DNA of 60,792 nucleotides, from positions 8,176,178 through 8,236,969 of the forward strand of contig NC_069001.1 in NCBI RefSeq assembly GCF_001194135.2. Direction: 5' to 3'. Shown here piece after piece: positions 26,690 through 39,399 of the stretch. A program made the position numbers and the translations under genes. Numbering within the stretch: position 1 is the stretch's first letter; each line of letters begins with the position of its first letter. The notes under the pieces were generated by a model. It was not told the origin of the DNA. It did no database searches and saw only the letters and a list, made by a program, of their open reading frames with translations. The DNA is from Octopus bimaculoides (taxonomy: Eukaryota).

Positions 26690-26926
26690 AATGCCACGAA
26701 GATCGCCGAAAGGGTATTTAGAAAGCTAAACAATATAGACGAACATATCGTTTAAGAGACGAGGTTAAAACAGACTTGGATTGGGGTTTAGGCATCAATT
26801 ATTTGCTGGGCGTCATCGTATGAGATTTTAATTATACTGTCAAATATTTTCTGAAAATTTAACATTAGGATTGCTAAACTCATACCTAAAAACGTACGAG
26901 TGCCGAGTAAATTATAAATAGTAAGC
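26690..26926 (+). promoter_or_regulatory. Putative TSS motif and exon 1 of ZNF-5
   Basis: CGAAGATCGCCGAAAG (26697-26712) resembles the ZNF-6 motif CGAAAAATCGCCGAAAG. Candidate donor AATA|GTAAGC at 26921. Confidence 0.35.
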
Positions 26927-28968
26927 AATTATCTCTTAGTCATTCTATTAATGTTTATATCAAACAGTTCACTAAACTAATTATTACTTAATTACACTGT
27001 CTCAGCTTTTATGTTTAATTTTTCACAAATACAAATGCACTAATAATTATTTCTTGTGTGATTTTGTTTACAAACTAATAATACCTCGTGCTTTCTCTTG
27101 AATGTCGATTTCCTGCTGATCATTGAGCATGCGTAGTTCAGAAAATTTCTTCCGTGAGCAAGTATATTATTAATTGAATAATTTCTGTTATTTTATTTCA
27201 TGATCAAAGAAATTTAATAAATGCTAAACTAATTGCTAAAATACCAATACAATATAGGTTATATATAAATATATTGAATCTCATCTATATCTCAATTAAA
27301 TATATATTTAGCTTCAAAGACTTTCACACTGATCCGGTTACGCACACAGAAAGAGATTAATTCATTTTTTTTTTACGTTGTCAGTTGCATAAATAAGAAA
27401 TTATTAATTCATTAGTTTTGATCGTCTTACAGTACAGGCTTAAACTGATAATGAAACTTGATCACGCAATATATTGTCTCCTAAGGGCGAACTATTCACA
27501 ACTTAGTAAACAATTTATTCTAAAATTACTTTCATAATCCACGAAACAGCCTCTTTACGTTTTGATTTTTTTCATATTTAATTTAATTCGTTTCCCTTAT
27601 TTTTATATTGATATCTTTCCGTATTCCTAATTTTCAAATGTGGACTTTGAAAACAGTTTTTCGGGATTGTTTTTATTCCAGATAAACTGAAGTCGATAGA
27701 AAGTAATGTCTATCACTGTCCATACCGTTATAAACTGAAGATTTATACGAGGTATTTTTCTTTTTAACATTTTTTTTATTTAATCGTATTTTGTTCATTT
27801 ACCAAAACAATGTTTCGAAAGAATACCATGTTTCTTTTTGTTTGATCTACCATAAAATTCATAGTACCCTGAAAGCAACTTGCTTTTGCTCTGCCGGGAT
27901 TAACAGAACTTAACAACGACGAACCACCTGTATAATCTCAATGTGAGCGTTAGATCTGCTAGAAATAGCAACCGTATTCTTTAAATTATGCTCTAAATCT
28001 GTGGTTCTGTAATTCGTAGAGCAAATAGGATTGCACTTTGTGCATGAAGTCAAAATTATTAAGAATGGCATTTATATATTAAATTTTTTAAACTTATTAA
28101 ATGATGTAAAATTATCAATGAGAAACATGAGCCTGTTTTGGCGAAATGAGAGTATGTCTATCTTCTTTGCAAATTGTTTTTTTTTTAACATTTAAAGTTA
28201 TGAGTGATAAAAAGACTTTATAATAAGAATTTCAGTTTGTATTTTTCACATTTTTAAAACCTCTGTTTTCCTTGCTCGTTGTTATCAAAGAGATAGACAC
28301 ATTGGCTCGTAATGAGTTATGTTGTTTAAGATAAACGCTGACCATAGAAAAGGACAGAATGTTCATTAAGTGTAAGTCTAACAAGTCAGATCTAATCTTC
28401 AACCAATCAACTACATTTTGTTCATTATTCTTTACTAAAATATACGTTACACAATTTGAAGGTGTAACTGTGGTCTGCAGATATCTAGACTTCACATGTG
28501 GTTATAATGACAAAGAAAAGTGAAAATGAATTAAATAGTAAAAGTACAAATGTTTACGTATACAGTTTATCAATGAAAATATCTACTACTGTTTAATCTC
28601 CACTTTCTAAATATCGTCTATATTTTATACTGTTTCTTTCTTATTTTCAGAATATCAGGTGACATTTACATCAAAGAATTATTTTAATTCAAATGCATCG
28701 TCAATATTTACTAACTTTTGAAGAGTAAAAGAAGATCTTATACAGACACATAGGCTCCTGTTTATATTTTTCTCTATGAATTAGATTAACATAATTTCTA
28801 TAATGCATCTGATGGAATGTACCTGAAATTTTTCTAAACTTGGACCGATTTGCAAAGAAGTTAACTGCATGATTAGATAGAAAGATCACAGTTGATAACA
28901 CTACCTCAAGAATAAAATATAAAAACAAAGAAAGAAATTATTGTATATTGTGCTGAAAAAGAAAAATT

Positions 28969-30834
28969 ATGGAAAATGAATTATATGAGAATCGAGTTAA
29001 ATTTAAAGAACAGTCTACACAAATTAATTCTCCTGATAAGATGTTGAAAAAGATAGGGAAAATATACCACTGTGATATCTGTAAAAAGTCATTCTCTCAT
29101 AAAGGTAACTTAAATACTCACAAACGCATTCATACTCAAGAGAAACTGTATCACTGTGATATCTGTGGTAATTCTTTCTCTCAAAGAAGTACCTTAACTA
29201 ACCACAAATATATTCATACAGGAGAGAAGCCATATCACTGTAATATCTGTGATATTTCATTCTCTCATACAAGTAATTTAGCTATGCACAACAAACATAT
29301 TCACAAGGGAGAGAAACGATATCATTGTGATATATGTGGTAAGTCCTTCATTCGAACAACTAAGTTAACTGTTCACAAACGTATTCATACAGGAGAAAAA
29401 CCATATCAATGTGATATCTGTGATATTTCATTCTCTCATAGAAATAATTTAGCTATGCACAACAAACATATTCACAAGGGAGAGAAACGATATCATTGTG
29501 ATATATGTGGCAAGTCCTTCGTTCGAACAACTGAGTTAACTGTTCACAAACGTATTCATACAGGAGAAAAACCATATCAGTGTGATATCTGTGGCAAATC
29601 ATTCTCTGCAGGAGGTAACTTAACCAGACATAGGCATATTCATAGAGAAGAGAAGCCATATCACTGTGATATCTGTGGTAAATTATTCTCTGAACAAAGT
29701 ACATTAACTATGCATAAGAGACATATTCATACAGGAGAGAGTCCATTTAGCTGTGATATCTGTGGTAAATCATTCTCGGCAAAAAATGCCTTAACTACTC
29801 ATAAGCGTATTCATACAGGTGAGAAGCCATATTGCTGTGATATCTGTGGTATATCATTTGCTGTAACAGGTCAGTTAACTACTCACAAGTATACTCATAC
29901 AGGAGAGAAACCTTATGACTGTGATATCTGTGGTAAATCATTCTCTGCAAGATGTAACGTAAATACTCATAAACGCATTCATACAGGAGAGAAGCCGTAT
30001 CACTGTGATATTTGTGGTAAGTCGTTCTCTGGAAATTGTGTTTTAACCAAACACAAACGCATTCATACAGGAGAGAAGCCATATCACTGTGATATCTGCA
30101 GTAAATCATTCTCTCAAAGATATACCTTAACAAGCCACATGCAGATCCACACAGGAGAGAAACCATATCAATGTGACATCTGTGGTAAATCATTTTCTCG
30201 TGGAAGCACCTTAACTACACACAACAGACATATTCATAAAGGAGAGAAACGATATCATTGTGATATTTGTAGTAAGTCTTTCTGCCAGAAAACTGAGTTA
30301 ACTACTCACAAACGTATTCATACAGGAGAAAAACCATATCACTGTGATATCTGTGGTATATCCTTCTCTACAAGGAGTAACTTAACTAGACACGGATCTA
30401 TTCATACAGGAGAGAAGCCATATCACTGTGATATCTGTGGTAAATCATTCTCTGAACGAGGTACTTTAACTAAACACAACAGACATATCCATACAGGAGA
30501 TAATACATATCTCTGTAATACCTGTGGTAAATCATTCCCAGCAAGAAGTAACTTGACTACTCATCAACGCATTCATACGGGTGAGAAGCCATACCACTGC
30601 GATATCTGTGGTAAATTATTCTCTGTAATAGGCAACTTAACTGCTCACAAATATATTCATACAGGGGAGAAGCCCTATCAGTGTGATATCTGTGGTAAAT
30701 CATTCTCTGCAAGATGTAACTTAAATACTCACAAACGCATTCATACAGGAGATAAGCCATACCACTGTGACATCTGCGGTAAACCATTCACTGGGAGGGG
30801 TGACTTAACTAAACACAAACGCATTCATTCATGA
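28969..30834 (+). CDS. ZNF-5: C2H2 zinc-finger protein, 21 fingers (5 with HX4H spacing)
   Basis: 621-aa ORF from MENELYEN; acceptor TTTTCAG|AATATC at 28650/28651. TGA replaces the linker Gly after finger 21, followed by one dead finger. Confidence 0.95.
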   Translation: MENELYENRVKFKEQSTQINSPDKMLKKIGKIYHCDICKKSFSHKGNLNTHKRIHTQEKLYHCDICGNSFSQRSTLTNHKYIHTGEKPYHCNICDISFSHTSNLAMHNKHIHKGEKRYHCDICGKSFIRTTKLTVHKRIHTGEKPYQCDICDISFSHRNNLAMHNKHIHKGEKRYHCDICGKSFVRTTELTVHKRIHTGEKPYQCDICGKSFSAGGNLTRHRHIHREEKPYHCDICGKLFSEQSTLTMHKRHIHTGESPFSCDICGKSFSAKNALTTHKRIHTGEKPYCCDICGISFAVTGQLTTHKYTHTGEKPYDCDICGKSFSARCNVNTHKRIHTGEKPYHCDICGKSFSGNCVLTKHKRIHTGEKPYHCDICSKSFSQRYTLTSHMQIHTGEKPYQCDICGKSFSRGSTLTTHNRHIHKGEKRYHCDICSKSFCQKTELTTHKRIHTGEKPYHCDICGISFSTRSNLTRHGSIHTGEKPYHCDICGKSFSERGTLTKHNRHIHTGDNTYLCNTCGKSFPARSNLTTHQRIHTGEKPYHCDICGKLFSVIGNLTAHKYIHTGEKPYQCDICGKSFSARCNLNTHKRIHTGDKPYHCDICGKPFTGRGDLTKHKRIHS

Positions 30835-32054
30835 GATGTACTACATTACTGCAATATCTGTAGTAAATCATTTTTTTTAAATGTCATGTAACTACATTAT
30901 TTTATTCATACAGAATGATGGTATTAATTTCAACTCTGTTTATGATAAAGAAAATATCTCATAAAACCATAAATATATTCACTCGGAAAACGATATAACT
31001 GTATAACAACTTCCGTGTACCATATTTCATCCAACCACATCTTTATCTACATTGATGAAATAATTTTCCACTATGTGTGTGTACATGTGTTTAGATATGT
31101 TTGTTTTTACACTGACTCCAGTGGCATAGCATTTTTGCCCCATAAACAAAATACCCAGCAGCTATTCTGTGTACAGAGACATGGAACAAAGTACTTTTCT
31201 TGGAAAGATAGGTATGTCTGTATGGAACACTGCCTTGAAAAAAATCTCCTCCAACCCATGGTAGCATACAATAACCCCCACTAAAAATGGTGATAATATA
31301 TGTGTATGTGCTTTTCTCAACTTGTCTTCACACGGACATCACTTGGGTAGTAACGATGTTTTTGTCTCACATACCTTCAATAGCTTGGCATCTTATGCAC
31401 ATTCTCATTTAAATTTTATTTAAAGACTATTGCTGTTGGTATTATCTATATAACTTCATGATTTCATTTATTTATAAGCTGATCACTTCATGTCTACAAT
31501 ATTCTGTTGAATGTGAATTTGCAAGCATCAATGTAGCCTTCAGTTTAATGTAAATGCAAAGGAGATATTTGTGAATTGTCTTCTGTTTTAAAGTCTGTTC
31601 TCCATGCTGGTTTCAGTTGACATGTCTTTTATACATATTTAATCAATCTTTTCTCATTTCAACTGTAAAAACCAGAATTCTGTGTTCTGGCCTTATCATT
31701 TTTTGTTAATATTTTTAATAACCTGGAATCGAAATAAAGCTTTGTTCTTCAATTATTTTCCTTATTCTTTTATGTACAACATCTAAGCAAGACTTACACT
31801 AACCTAGTCATAAACTATAGAATCCACAAGTTTGATCGATGTTTAGCAAAAGTTGTATATTTCTCCAAATTGATCTTCACTAACATTTCTATATTATTTC
31901 ATTCAAAACATGAAAGGTATCATGTCGTGAATGAGAGATAAACAATAGGGTAACTTTGTATATTAAATGATAGTGCTGATGATTATCTTGTGAATGTATA
32001 ATGTGGCCAACTGATTGATGTTACCCAAGTCCAAGGCAGCCTAAGGATAATGTA

Positions 32055-32282
32055 TTGGGTTGTCTGGAAGGTTCGTGCCGATTTTTAAAGGAAAGGAAAA
32101 GGTTAATAAATACTTGCCATTACATTTTTAATCAACCAAATATGAACCATTTTGTTGCATAAAGCGTCACCATCTTTCCTTTAACTTGAAAATACCCTCT
32201 TCCCAGAATTGAGGTGGTTTCATGGCAAATAAGTCAAAAGGTAAGCTACTATAAATTAGCATGAAGTTTCCGGACAACCCAA
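32055..32282. mobile_element. mariner-type MITE / deletion derivative
   Basis: TA|TTGGGTTGTCTGGAAGGTTCGTGC ... GCATGAAGTTTCCGGACAACCCAA|TA; 24-bp TIR with 4 mismatches. Confidence 0.85.
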
Positions 32283-32596
32283 TATTTCCTAATCACTGAT
32301 GCTGTGATGATGGTGGTGGCAGCTGATCTTCTGAGTGAACCAAGGAAGGAAACTGTTGTTGTAGGTTTTATCAGTCTTCTAAAAAATTTTATGGTTTCAA
32401 AGACATGATTTGAACTCAGAATGCACAGAACCAGAACAGGTAACATAAGTTCTGTTCACTGCTTTAAAAGTTCTACCTGCCCACTGCACTTGGCTGCTAC
32501 TTAATTGATTGTGAAACGAAACACAAAGTTGATTTCAGCAAAACATTCTGATGTTCTAACCACCCTGAAAATTCATCACCTTATAAAATTTTATTT

Positions 32597-33068
32597 TACT
32601 CTTTTACTTGTTTCAGCCATTTTGACTGCGGCCATGCCAATGTCGTCTCCTTCATTGGACACGAAACTCAGCTTGCGAAGACTTATTGGGGCAAGCGAAA
32701 GCGTAATTGTGATGGCACCTGTGCCCAGCGTCGCCTTTCTGGCACTTGTGCCCGCAGCATGTGTAAGGACTTTCAAGCAAGATCGTTGCCAGCGCCCCTG
32801 GACTGGCTCTTGTGCGGGTAGCACATAAAATACACCATTTCGAGCGTGGCCGTTGCCAGTACCTCCTGACTGGCCTTCGTGCCGGTGGCACGTAAAAGCA
32901 CCCACTACACTCTCGGAGTGGTTGGCGTTAGGAAGGGCATCCAGCTGTAGAAACTCTGCCAGATCAGATTGGAGCCTGGTGTAGCCATCTGGTTTCACCA
33001 GTCCTCAGTCAAATCGTCCAACCCATGCTAGCATAGAAAGCGGACGTTAAACGATGATGATGATGATG
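32597..33068 (+). mobile_element. Young retroposon tail element with (GAT)n end, preceded by a CORE-SINE 3' end on minus
   Basis: GGTTGGCGTTAGGAAGGGCATCCAGCTGTAGAAAC...GGACGTTAAACGATGATGATG. Internal GGCAC-based repeats. Confidence 0.85.
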
Positions 33069-34000
33069 AAAACTTCCACTTGCACTGGCTACTTTTCAAC
33101 CTCCTCTAAATTGCAAATATTTGGTAAATCTCCTTGAAACCTATGTCCTCTCCAACCCATCCAGATTCATCACCAATTGCAAAATTACCGTCAGTCACTT
33201 CATATCAACAAGGCCATTTGCCCATGGCATGTTCATTTCATCACCTTAAACATTGCAGCTCACACGCACACCTATATTGACTAAACTCTTCAAATTCTCC
33301 CATCTCTAAGATCTATTCTGATCTTTTGGAACATGCTATAATGTACTCCATTCCATGAAAGGCAACTATGCCAACTATTGCTCTGTTGTACTCACTTCTA
33401 ATAATGGAGACAGCCATTAACAATGACATCCTCCGACACCTTAACCATTTCATTACCATATTCCTGTTGAAATAAACCAACTTTGTTTCTATTTTCAAAA
33501 TAACTGTCATTATTAAACTGATGTTTGAAACATAAATTAACCTGAAATTTTGGTGAAAGATGTATTGAAGCTGATCTGGCTTTATATCGTCCCTGTTGAG
33601 TTAAAATCTTCCTTGGGTGTGTTGTGAAAAACCTAACTACCACTCCACTCAAACCCACACACCCAAGAAAGATGTTAACTCAACAGAGACTATATAACGC
33701 TAAGATCAATTTCAATACACTGCAGTCCAATGATGACTGACACTCTGAAGTCACTGTCAACAATATTCTTGTTTAAGAATATTGAATTTGTACTCTGCAA
33801 AAGTACAGAGTAACCCATCAGATTAGTGTAAAATTATTTTCATTATAACTGAATATAAAAACAAACATATTCTATTTTATAGCAATGTTATATATATAAC
33901 CGAATATAAAAAAATGGAATATTTACTTTCATATTAACTGCACAGTGATGGTATTCATCAGTTATGACAGTACATTTCTCAACTATGTACCCATTTGTTA

Positions 34001-34392
34001 GGAGGCGCAATGGCCCAGTGGTTAGGGCTGCAGACTCGCGGTCATAGGATCGCGGTTTCGATTCCCAAACCGGGTGTTGTGAGTGTTTATTGAGCGAAAA
34101 CACCTAAAAACTCCACGAGGCTCCGGCAGGTGATGGTGGCGAACCCTGCTGTACACTTTCACCACAACTTTCTCTCCCTCTTACTTCCTGTTTCTGTTGT
34201 GCCTGTAATTCAAAGGGTCAGCCTTGTCACACTCTGTGTCACGCTGAATATCCCCGAGAACTACGTTATGGGTACACGTGTCTGTGGAGTGCTCAGCCAC
34301 TTGCACGTCAATTTCATGAGCAGGCTGTTCCGTTGATCGGATCAACTGGAACCCTCGACGTCGGAAGCGACGGAGTGCCAACAACAACAACA
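34001..34392 (+). mobile_element. Full-length tRNA-Arg-like SINE (family B) with (CAA)n tail
   Basis: A/B boxes, TCG in the anticodon-like loop. TSD ACCCATTTGTT (33989-33999) / ACCCATCTGTT (34393-34403). Confidence 0.9.
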
Positions 34393-34685
34393 ACCCATCT
34401 GTTGAATATATAAACAGTATATTTTCTTCATTCAAAAAAATATGTACACAAGTATTTAGAAAGAATCTTTTTATTAAAAACATAATAATGTTCGGTTATC
34501 TCTTCAAAGTTGATATCACTATAGTTAAATGAATTGTGGGGAAATTATCAGTTATTTTTTCCTTCCAGTATACAAGTATTTATAGTAACACACAAATTCT
34601 TTAAATAATTAAAATATTCATCACTTAATTGCATTAGAACAAAGACTGCTATGTATACCAAGAGAAAAAACTCTATGGTTATTTG

Positions 34686-34862
34686 GTGCATGAAAGCACG
34701 TCATACCTATTGCCAGCAGTAGACAATCACCACTACTTCAGCTGCTTGGACTACCAAATCAGGTTGTTTCGGCCTCATATCACCTTTTCAATCATAGTCT
34801 GAACAGCAGAAGTAGCAGTGATTGTCTTCTGCTGGCAATAGCTAAGATGTGCTTTTATGCAC
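34686..34862. repeat. Inverted repeat, 67-bp arms (56/67 matches), 43-nt loop
   Basis: Arms 34686-34752 and 34796-34862 compared base by base. No TSD found. Confidence 0.85.
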
Positions 34863-34899
34863 ATCAGAGGCTATATTAATACTACCTTTGTTGCTCTAA

Positions 34900-35131
34900 T
34901 TTATTGTTTAAATAGTTTGAACGAATACAAACACATGTAGTAAAGTGATTCCAAATAGAGTATCATTTACCACAGTAGTATGCTTCCTTTTTTGTATAAA
35001 TGTACTTATGAGTAGTTAATATGTCACTGAAAGAATGATTTTAACACTAATACCAGTGATATGAATTATATATGAATGTGTTTGTGTATAGTTAAATCTC
35101 AACCTTTTAAGACAATCATTTGCCATAGATA
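34900..35131 (-). pseudogene. About 3 dead zinc-finger repeats downstream of the ZNF-6 stop
   Basis: Minus strand retains GATATCTATGGCAAAT, ACTACTCATAAGTACATTTATACA and TACTGTGGTAAATG with stops and indels. Confidence 0.75.
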
Positions 35132-36310
35132 TCAGTGATATAGTTTTTCTCTTGAATGAATGTTTTTGTGTGCAGACAAATGATGATTTCGTGAGAAAGA
35201 TTTATCACAGATGTCACAATGATATGGCTTCTCACCTGTGTGAATGCGTTTGTGAGTAGTTAAGTGACTAGTGACAGCAAATTGTTTTCCACATATATCA
35301 CAGTGATATGGCTTCTCTCCTGTGTGAGTACGTTTGTGCTTACTTAAGTCACCACTTAGAGAGAATGATTTACCACAGATAACACACTGATATGGCTTCT
35401 CTCCTGTATGAACACGTTTGTGAGAAGTTAAGTGGGCAATTACAGAGAAAGATTTAACACAAATATCACACTGATATAGTTTCTCTCCTCTATGCATATG
35501 TCTGTGAGTGGTGAATTGATTTCTGAAAAAGAATGATTTACCACAGACATCACAGCAAAAGGGGTCTTCTCCTGCATGGATAAGTAAATGGTTTCTTAAC
35601 TTATTACTTAAAGAGAACGTTTTACCACAGATATCACAGTGATACAGCTTCCCTTCCATGTGAATATGTTTGTGAGTAGTTAAGCTACCTGTCTGAGAAA
35701 ATGATTTACCACACATATCACACTGGTATGGTTTCTCTCCTGTATGAATGCGTTTGTGTCTAATTAATTCACTACTTCCAGAGAATGATTTACCACAAAT
35801 ATCACAGCGATATGGCTTTTCTCCTGTATGAAAGCGTTTGTGCTTCGTTAAATCACTACTTGCAGAAAAAGATTTACCACAGATATCACAGTGATACGGT
35901 CTTTCTCCTGTATGAATGCGCTTGTGTACAGTTAAGTTGCCTGTATCAGAAAATGATCTGCCACAGATATCACAGTGGAATGGTTTTTCTCCTGTATGTA
36001 TACGTTTATGTTTAATTAAGTTACTTCCTTGAGAAAACGATTCACCACAAATATCACAGCAATATGGCTTCTCTCCTGTATGAATACGTTTGTGAGTAGT
36101 CAAGTTACTACTTGTAGAGCATGATTTACCACAGATATTACAATGATATGTTCTTTCGCCCACACGAATACATTTGTGAATAGATAAGACACTTTTATGA
36201 GATGTTTTGTATGATGTCTTTCTTATTTTTTGCAGTATTTCATCATGAAAATCACTCATTTCAGGTTCTGTTTTATTCTGAACATTGTTGCCACAGAATT
36301 CATTTTCCAT
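35132..36310 (-). CDS. ZNF-6: C2H2 zinc-finger protein, 12 intact fingers plus a collapsed first finger
   Basis: 392-aa ORF from MENEFCGN; acceptor at 36652/36651. First finger lacks CxxC ([17 protein letters not shown]). Ends HSREKLYH*. Confidence 0.94.
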   Translation of the reverse strand: MENEFCGNNVQNKTEPEMSDFHDEILQKIRKTSYKTSHKSVLSIHKCIRVGERTYHCNICGKSCSTSSNLTTHKRIHTGEKPYCCDICGESFSQGSNLIKHKRIHTGEKPFHCDICGRSFSDTGNLTVHKRIHTGERPYHCDICGKSFSASSDLTKHKRFHTGEKPYRCDICGKSFSGSSELIRHKRIHTGEKPYQCDMCGKSFSQTGSLTTHKHIHMEGKLYHCDICGKTFSLSNKLRNHLLIHAGEDPFCCDVCGKSFFFRNQFTTHRHMHRGEKLYQCDICVKSFSVIAHLTSHKRVHTGEKPYQCVICGKSFSLSGDLSKHKRTHTGEKPYHCDICGKQFAVTSHLTTHKRIHTGEKPYHCDICDKSFSRNHHLSAHKNIHSREKLYH

Positions 36311-37509
36311 ATTTTTCCTTCTCTCCCTTCAAAATATGGATATATTTCTTGTTTTCTTTTATATTATACTCCAAACAAATATTCCTTCTGCTAGATGCTG
36401 AGAACTACTTTGTAAATTTGTCCAAGATTAATTAGAAAGCAGAGCCATTTTGCACATGCTGCAGTCTTTTGAGCAGAGGAATTCTGCTGTTAATCTAAGT
36501 TCACAGGAAATACACGTAATTGTACAAATGAATTTATATAAACATGGGTCTATTTGTTCTGTACAATAGCATTCTTCAGTATCTAAAGCAGTGTAAATAT
36601 TATTGAGACATCTGAATTTAAAAATTTTAAATGTGAATGTCAGCTGATGTTCTGAAATGACAGGAAAAACAGTATAAGATATAGAGAATACTTGAATCAA
36701 CTGTGGGAATTTTATTACATTTTTATATTGATAAAGTGTACCTTTTTAATTTGTCATTAAAATTATATCAGATAACTATACATATTTCTAGACCTTCAAA
36801 TTGCATAAAATTAAATTACAAAGTTATAGAGAAATTGTTTTGTGGAAATATTATTAGCTGTTGTTGTTGTTTTTTTGCTTCAGGCTAGCCTTGATTGAGC
36901 AGGTGCATAAACAAGTGTATTTCATCCATAACCATCCTAGCCTTCTCTCAAGCATTGTATATCTTGAACTACATTATACAAATGTACCCAACTCTTTTCA
37001 AGATGGTAATGTAATGTAATGTATGGTAAGGCTACCTTCTCAAGTTATGCCAACTCATGACGGTTTCCATGGCGTTTAAATTCCCCTCCTGGATAGGATG
37101 CTGATCTGTCACGAGATTAATTATTTTTACCAGTTGACTGGACCAGAGCAACAGATGAAGTGCTTTGCTCATTTTGTCCATCATATAAACAATTCTGTCA
37201 GCTTGCTGCCTTTCAGTACCTTGATAATGAAATATATTAACACTAACATGTTTTGATTTTTAGATGTCGGCAGAATTAATTACTATCTAAACAATTCCAT
37301 TTTGCCACTCCCAATAAATATACAATATTCTACAGTTACTTGAATGTGATTTCCTATGTACCGTGTTCAGAAAGTATAATGAAGGTTGCATATTAAGTAC
37401 TAGTTACAGTATAGCTGGATCATTAACTTACCTAAAGATAAGATAAGGAAACTTACGTAAAGATTAGTTAATGATAAACAAATGGCAGGGAAAGATACAT
37501 TTTATCATT

Positions 37510-37862
37510 TCTTTAATCATTGGACTTCAGCTGTGCTGGAGCACGACATCGAACAAATCCATCCCAGTAGTTATTTTTTAAAGTTTGGTACTTATCTATT
37601 GGTTTCTTTTACCAAACCAGTTATGGGGACATAAACAAACCGACACTGGTCGTCAAGCTATGAAGGGTGGGAGGGATATAAACACTCGTACATATACGCA
37701 CGATGGTCTTCAACACCAAATTCCGAGTATCAAATTCACTCACAAGATATTGTTCGACCCGGAGCTATATAAGACACTTGCCCAATTTCCCTCGCAGTGT
37801 GACAGAACCCAAAACCAGGTGATTACAAAGCGAGCATCTTAAACACACTGCCATACCTGCTA
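37510..37862 (-). mobile_element. CORE-type SINE, near full length
   Basis: Minus strand GCAGGTATGGCAGTGTG...GGGCAAGTGTCTTATATAGCTCCGGGTCG...AAGTACCAAAC...GCTCCAGCACAGC. Confidence 0.75.
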
Positions 37863-38865
37863 AATATGCAGATTATAAAAACTTTCGGCGATTTTTCGAT
37901 ACGTTTACGGTAAAGGCCGATATTTAGGACTCGTATCGTAAGATTGTCAAACTTGCTAACATTCACTCATGTATCGTTATGAACTTAACTTATTTAAACA
38001 TTAATGGACGACAATCAATTTTGTTAAATAACGATCTTGTAGAGGTTGGCTCCTGTGAGATTTTGATTTTAGCCAAGATAATACAAACAGTGTCTTCTAT
38101 TAAAAGTTATAAGATTAAGAAGCCAATATCAAAGGAAAGTATTCAACAAAGTAAATCGGTAGAGACTACATTGTACTATAGCGTCAAGCTGATACTTATA
38201 CATATAAAATAGCTCGAATTCACTTTTAAGTCATATACAAAATACTAAAATCATCTCAACATTTGAGTTTCTATACACAGGAAGTAGAAATCTCTTTTCA
38301 AGTGTAACATTTTTCACTCTGCTATAAATACTGTAAGTCGTTTATTTAATTATTTACACACATTATCAAAGCCTTTAAGTAAATATCCGTCAACTTACCG
38401 TTATCAGATAAACAGCAATGAACAAGTGCTTGAGAGGAATAAGATTGAAATTGATTAATGTTTTAAGGTGTGCTAATTATTTCCCTTTATATGACTTCTT
38501 TTTTCGGCGGAGATCTGTTATATCACTTGATGTTAATTTCCTAGTATTTTTGGTTATTTCAACTATTTCCTCCGATTGAATATCTTTTCACCGTGTAAGA
38601 TTACGATGAGTGTGAATAACAATGTTTAGGTTTCTTTGGCATTCTTTCGGTCTATGATCACAAATTGAAAGTGAGGAAAATTATCGTCAGCAATCAGTAT
38701 TGATATTTTGAAAAATAATTGAAATTGAAATTTTTTTTTCTATCAGAATCGTAATCTCTGAGATCCACACTATGAACCCCCACACACACGAAACAGTTTA
38801 AAACGATATTGAGCGATGTAATGCAGTGGGGAATTAAAAAGTCGAGAAGTGATTAGAAATAGTTT

Positions 38866-39270
38866 CATCATCATCGTTTAACGTTCGCTTTCCATGCTAG
38901 CACGGGTTGGACGATTTGACTGAGGACTGGTGAACCAGATGGCTACACCAGACTCCAATCTGGTTTGGCATGGTTTCTACAGTTGGATGCCCTTCCTAAT
39001 GCCAACCACTCCGAGAGTGTAGTGGGTGCTTTTACGTGCCACCGGCACGAAGGCCAGTCAGGAGGTACCGGCAACGGTCACGCTCGAAATGGTGTATTTT
39101 ACGTGCCACCTGCACAGGAGCCAGTCCAGCGGCACTGGCAACGATCTTGCTCGAATGTCTTTTCACGTGCCAGAAAGGCGACGTTGGTAACGATCACGCT
39201 CAAATGGTGCCATTTACGTGCCACTGGCACGGAAGCCAGACAGCTGGTGCTCTGGCAATGACGGTTGATA
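38866..39270 (-). mobile_element. Young retroposon tail element, inverted relative to 32597-33068
   Basis: CATCATCATCGTTTAACG...GGATGCCCTTCCTAATGCCAACCACTCCGAGAG...; same family and highly similar. Confidence 0.85.
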
Positions 39271-39399
39271 ATGCATGAAAGATAATTTATAAAATGTTGG
39301 CCTATCCTTTAGCTCCTTGTGACAAGAGCATCTACCAAATTTACAGACTCACCTTAATAACTGTACAGCGTGAAGTATTGAAGAACGATCAGGATGCTT

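Noticed and set aside
26568-27370. Possible Helitron-type non-autonomous element after the gap
   Set aside because: Only vague end motifs, and the left boundary is hidden by Ns.
29453-30787. Antisense ORFs with repeating [10 protein letters not shown]-like peptides (also 3362-3613, 17127-17336, 35785-36015)
   Set aside because: Shadow frames of the 84-bp zinc-finger repeats; no independent coding evidence.
34001-34075. tRNA-Arg-like sequence (also 19473 and the family-A heads)
   Set aside because: The heads continue into SINE bodies with tails and TSDs and lack a proper acceptor stem; not tRNA genes.
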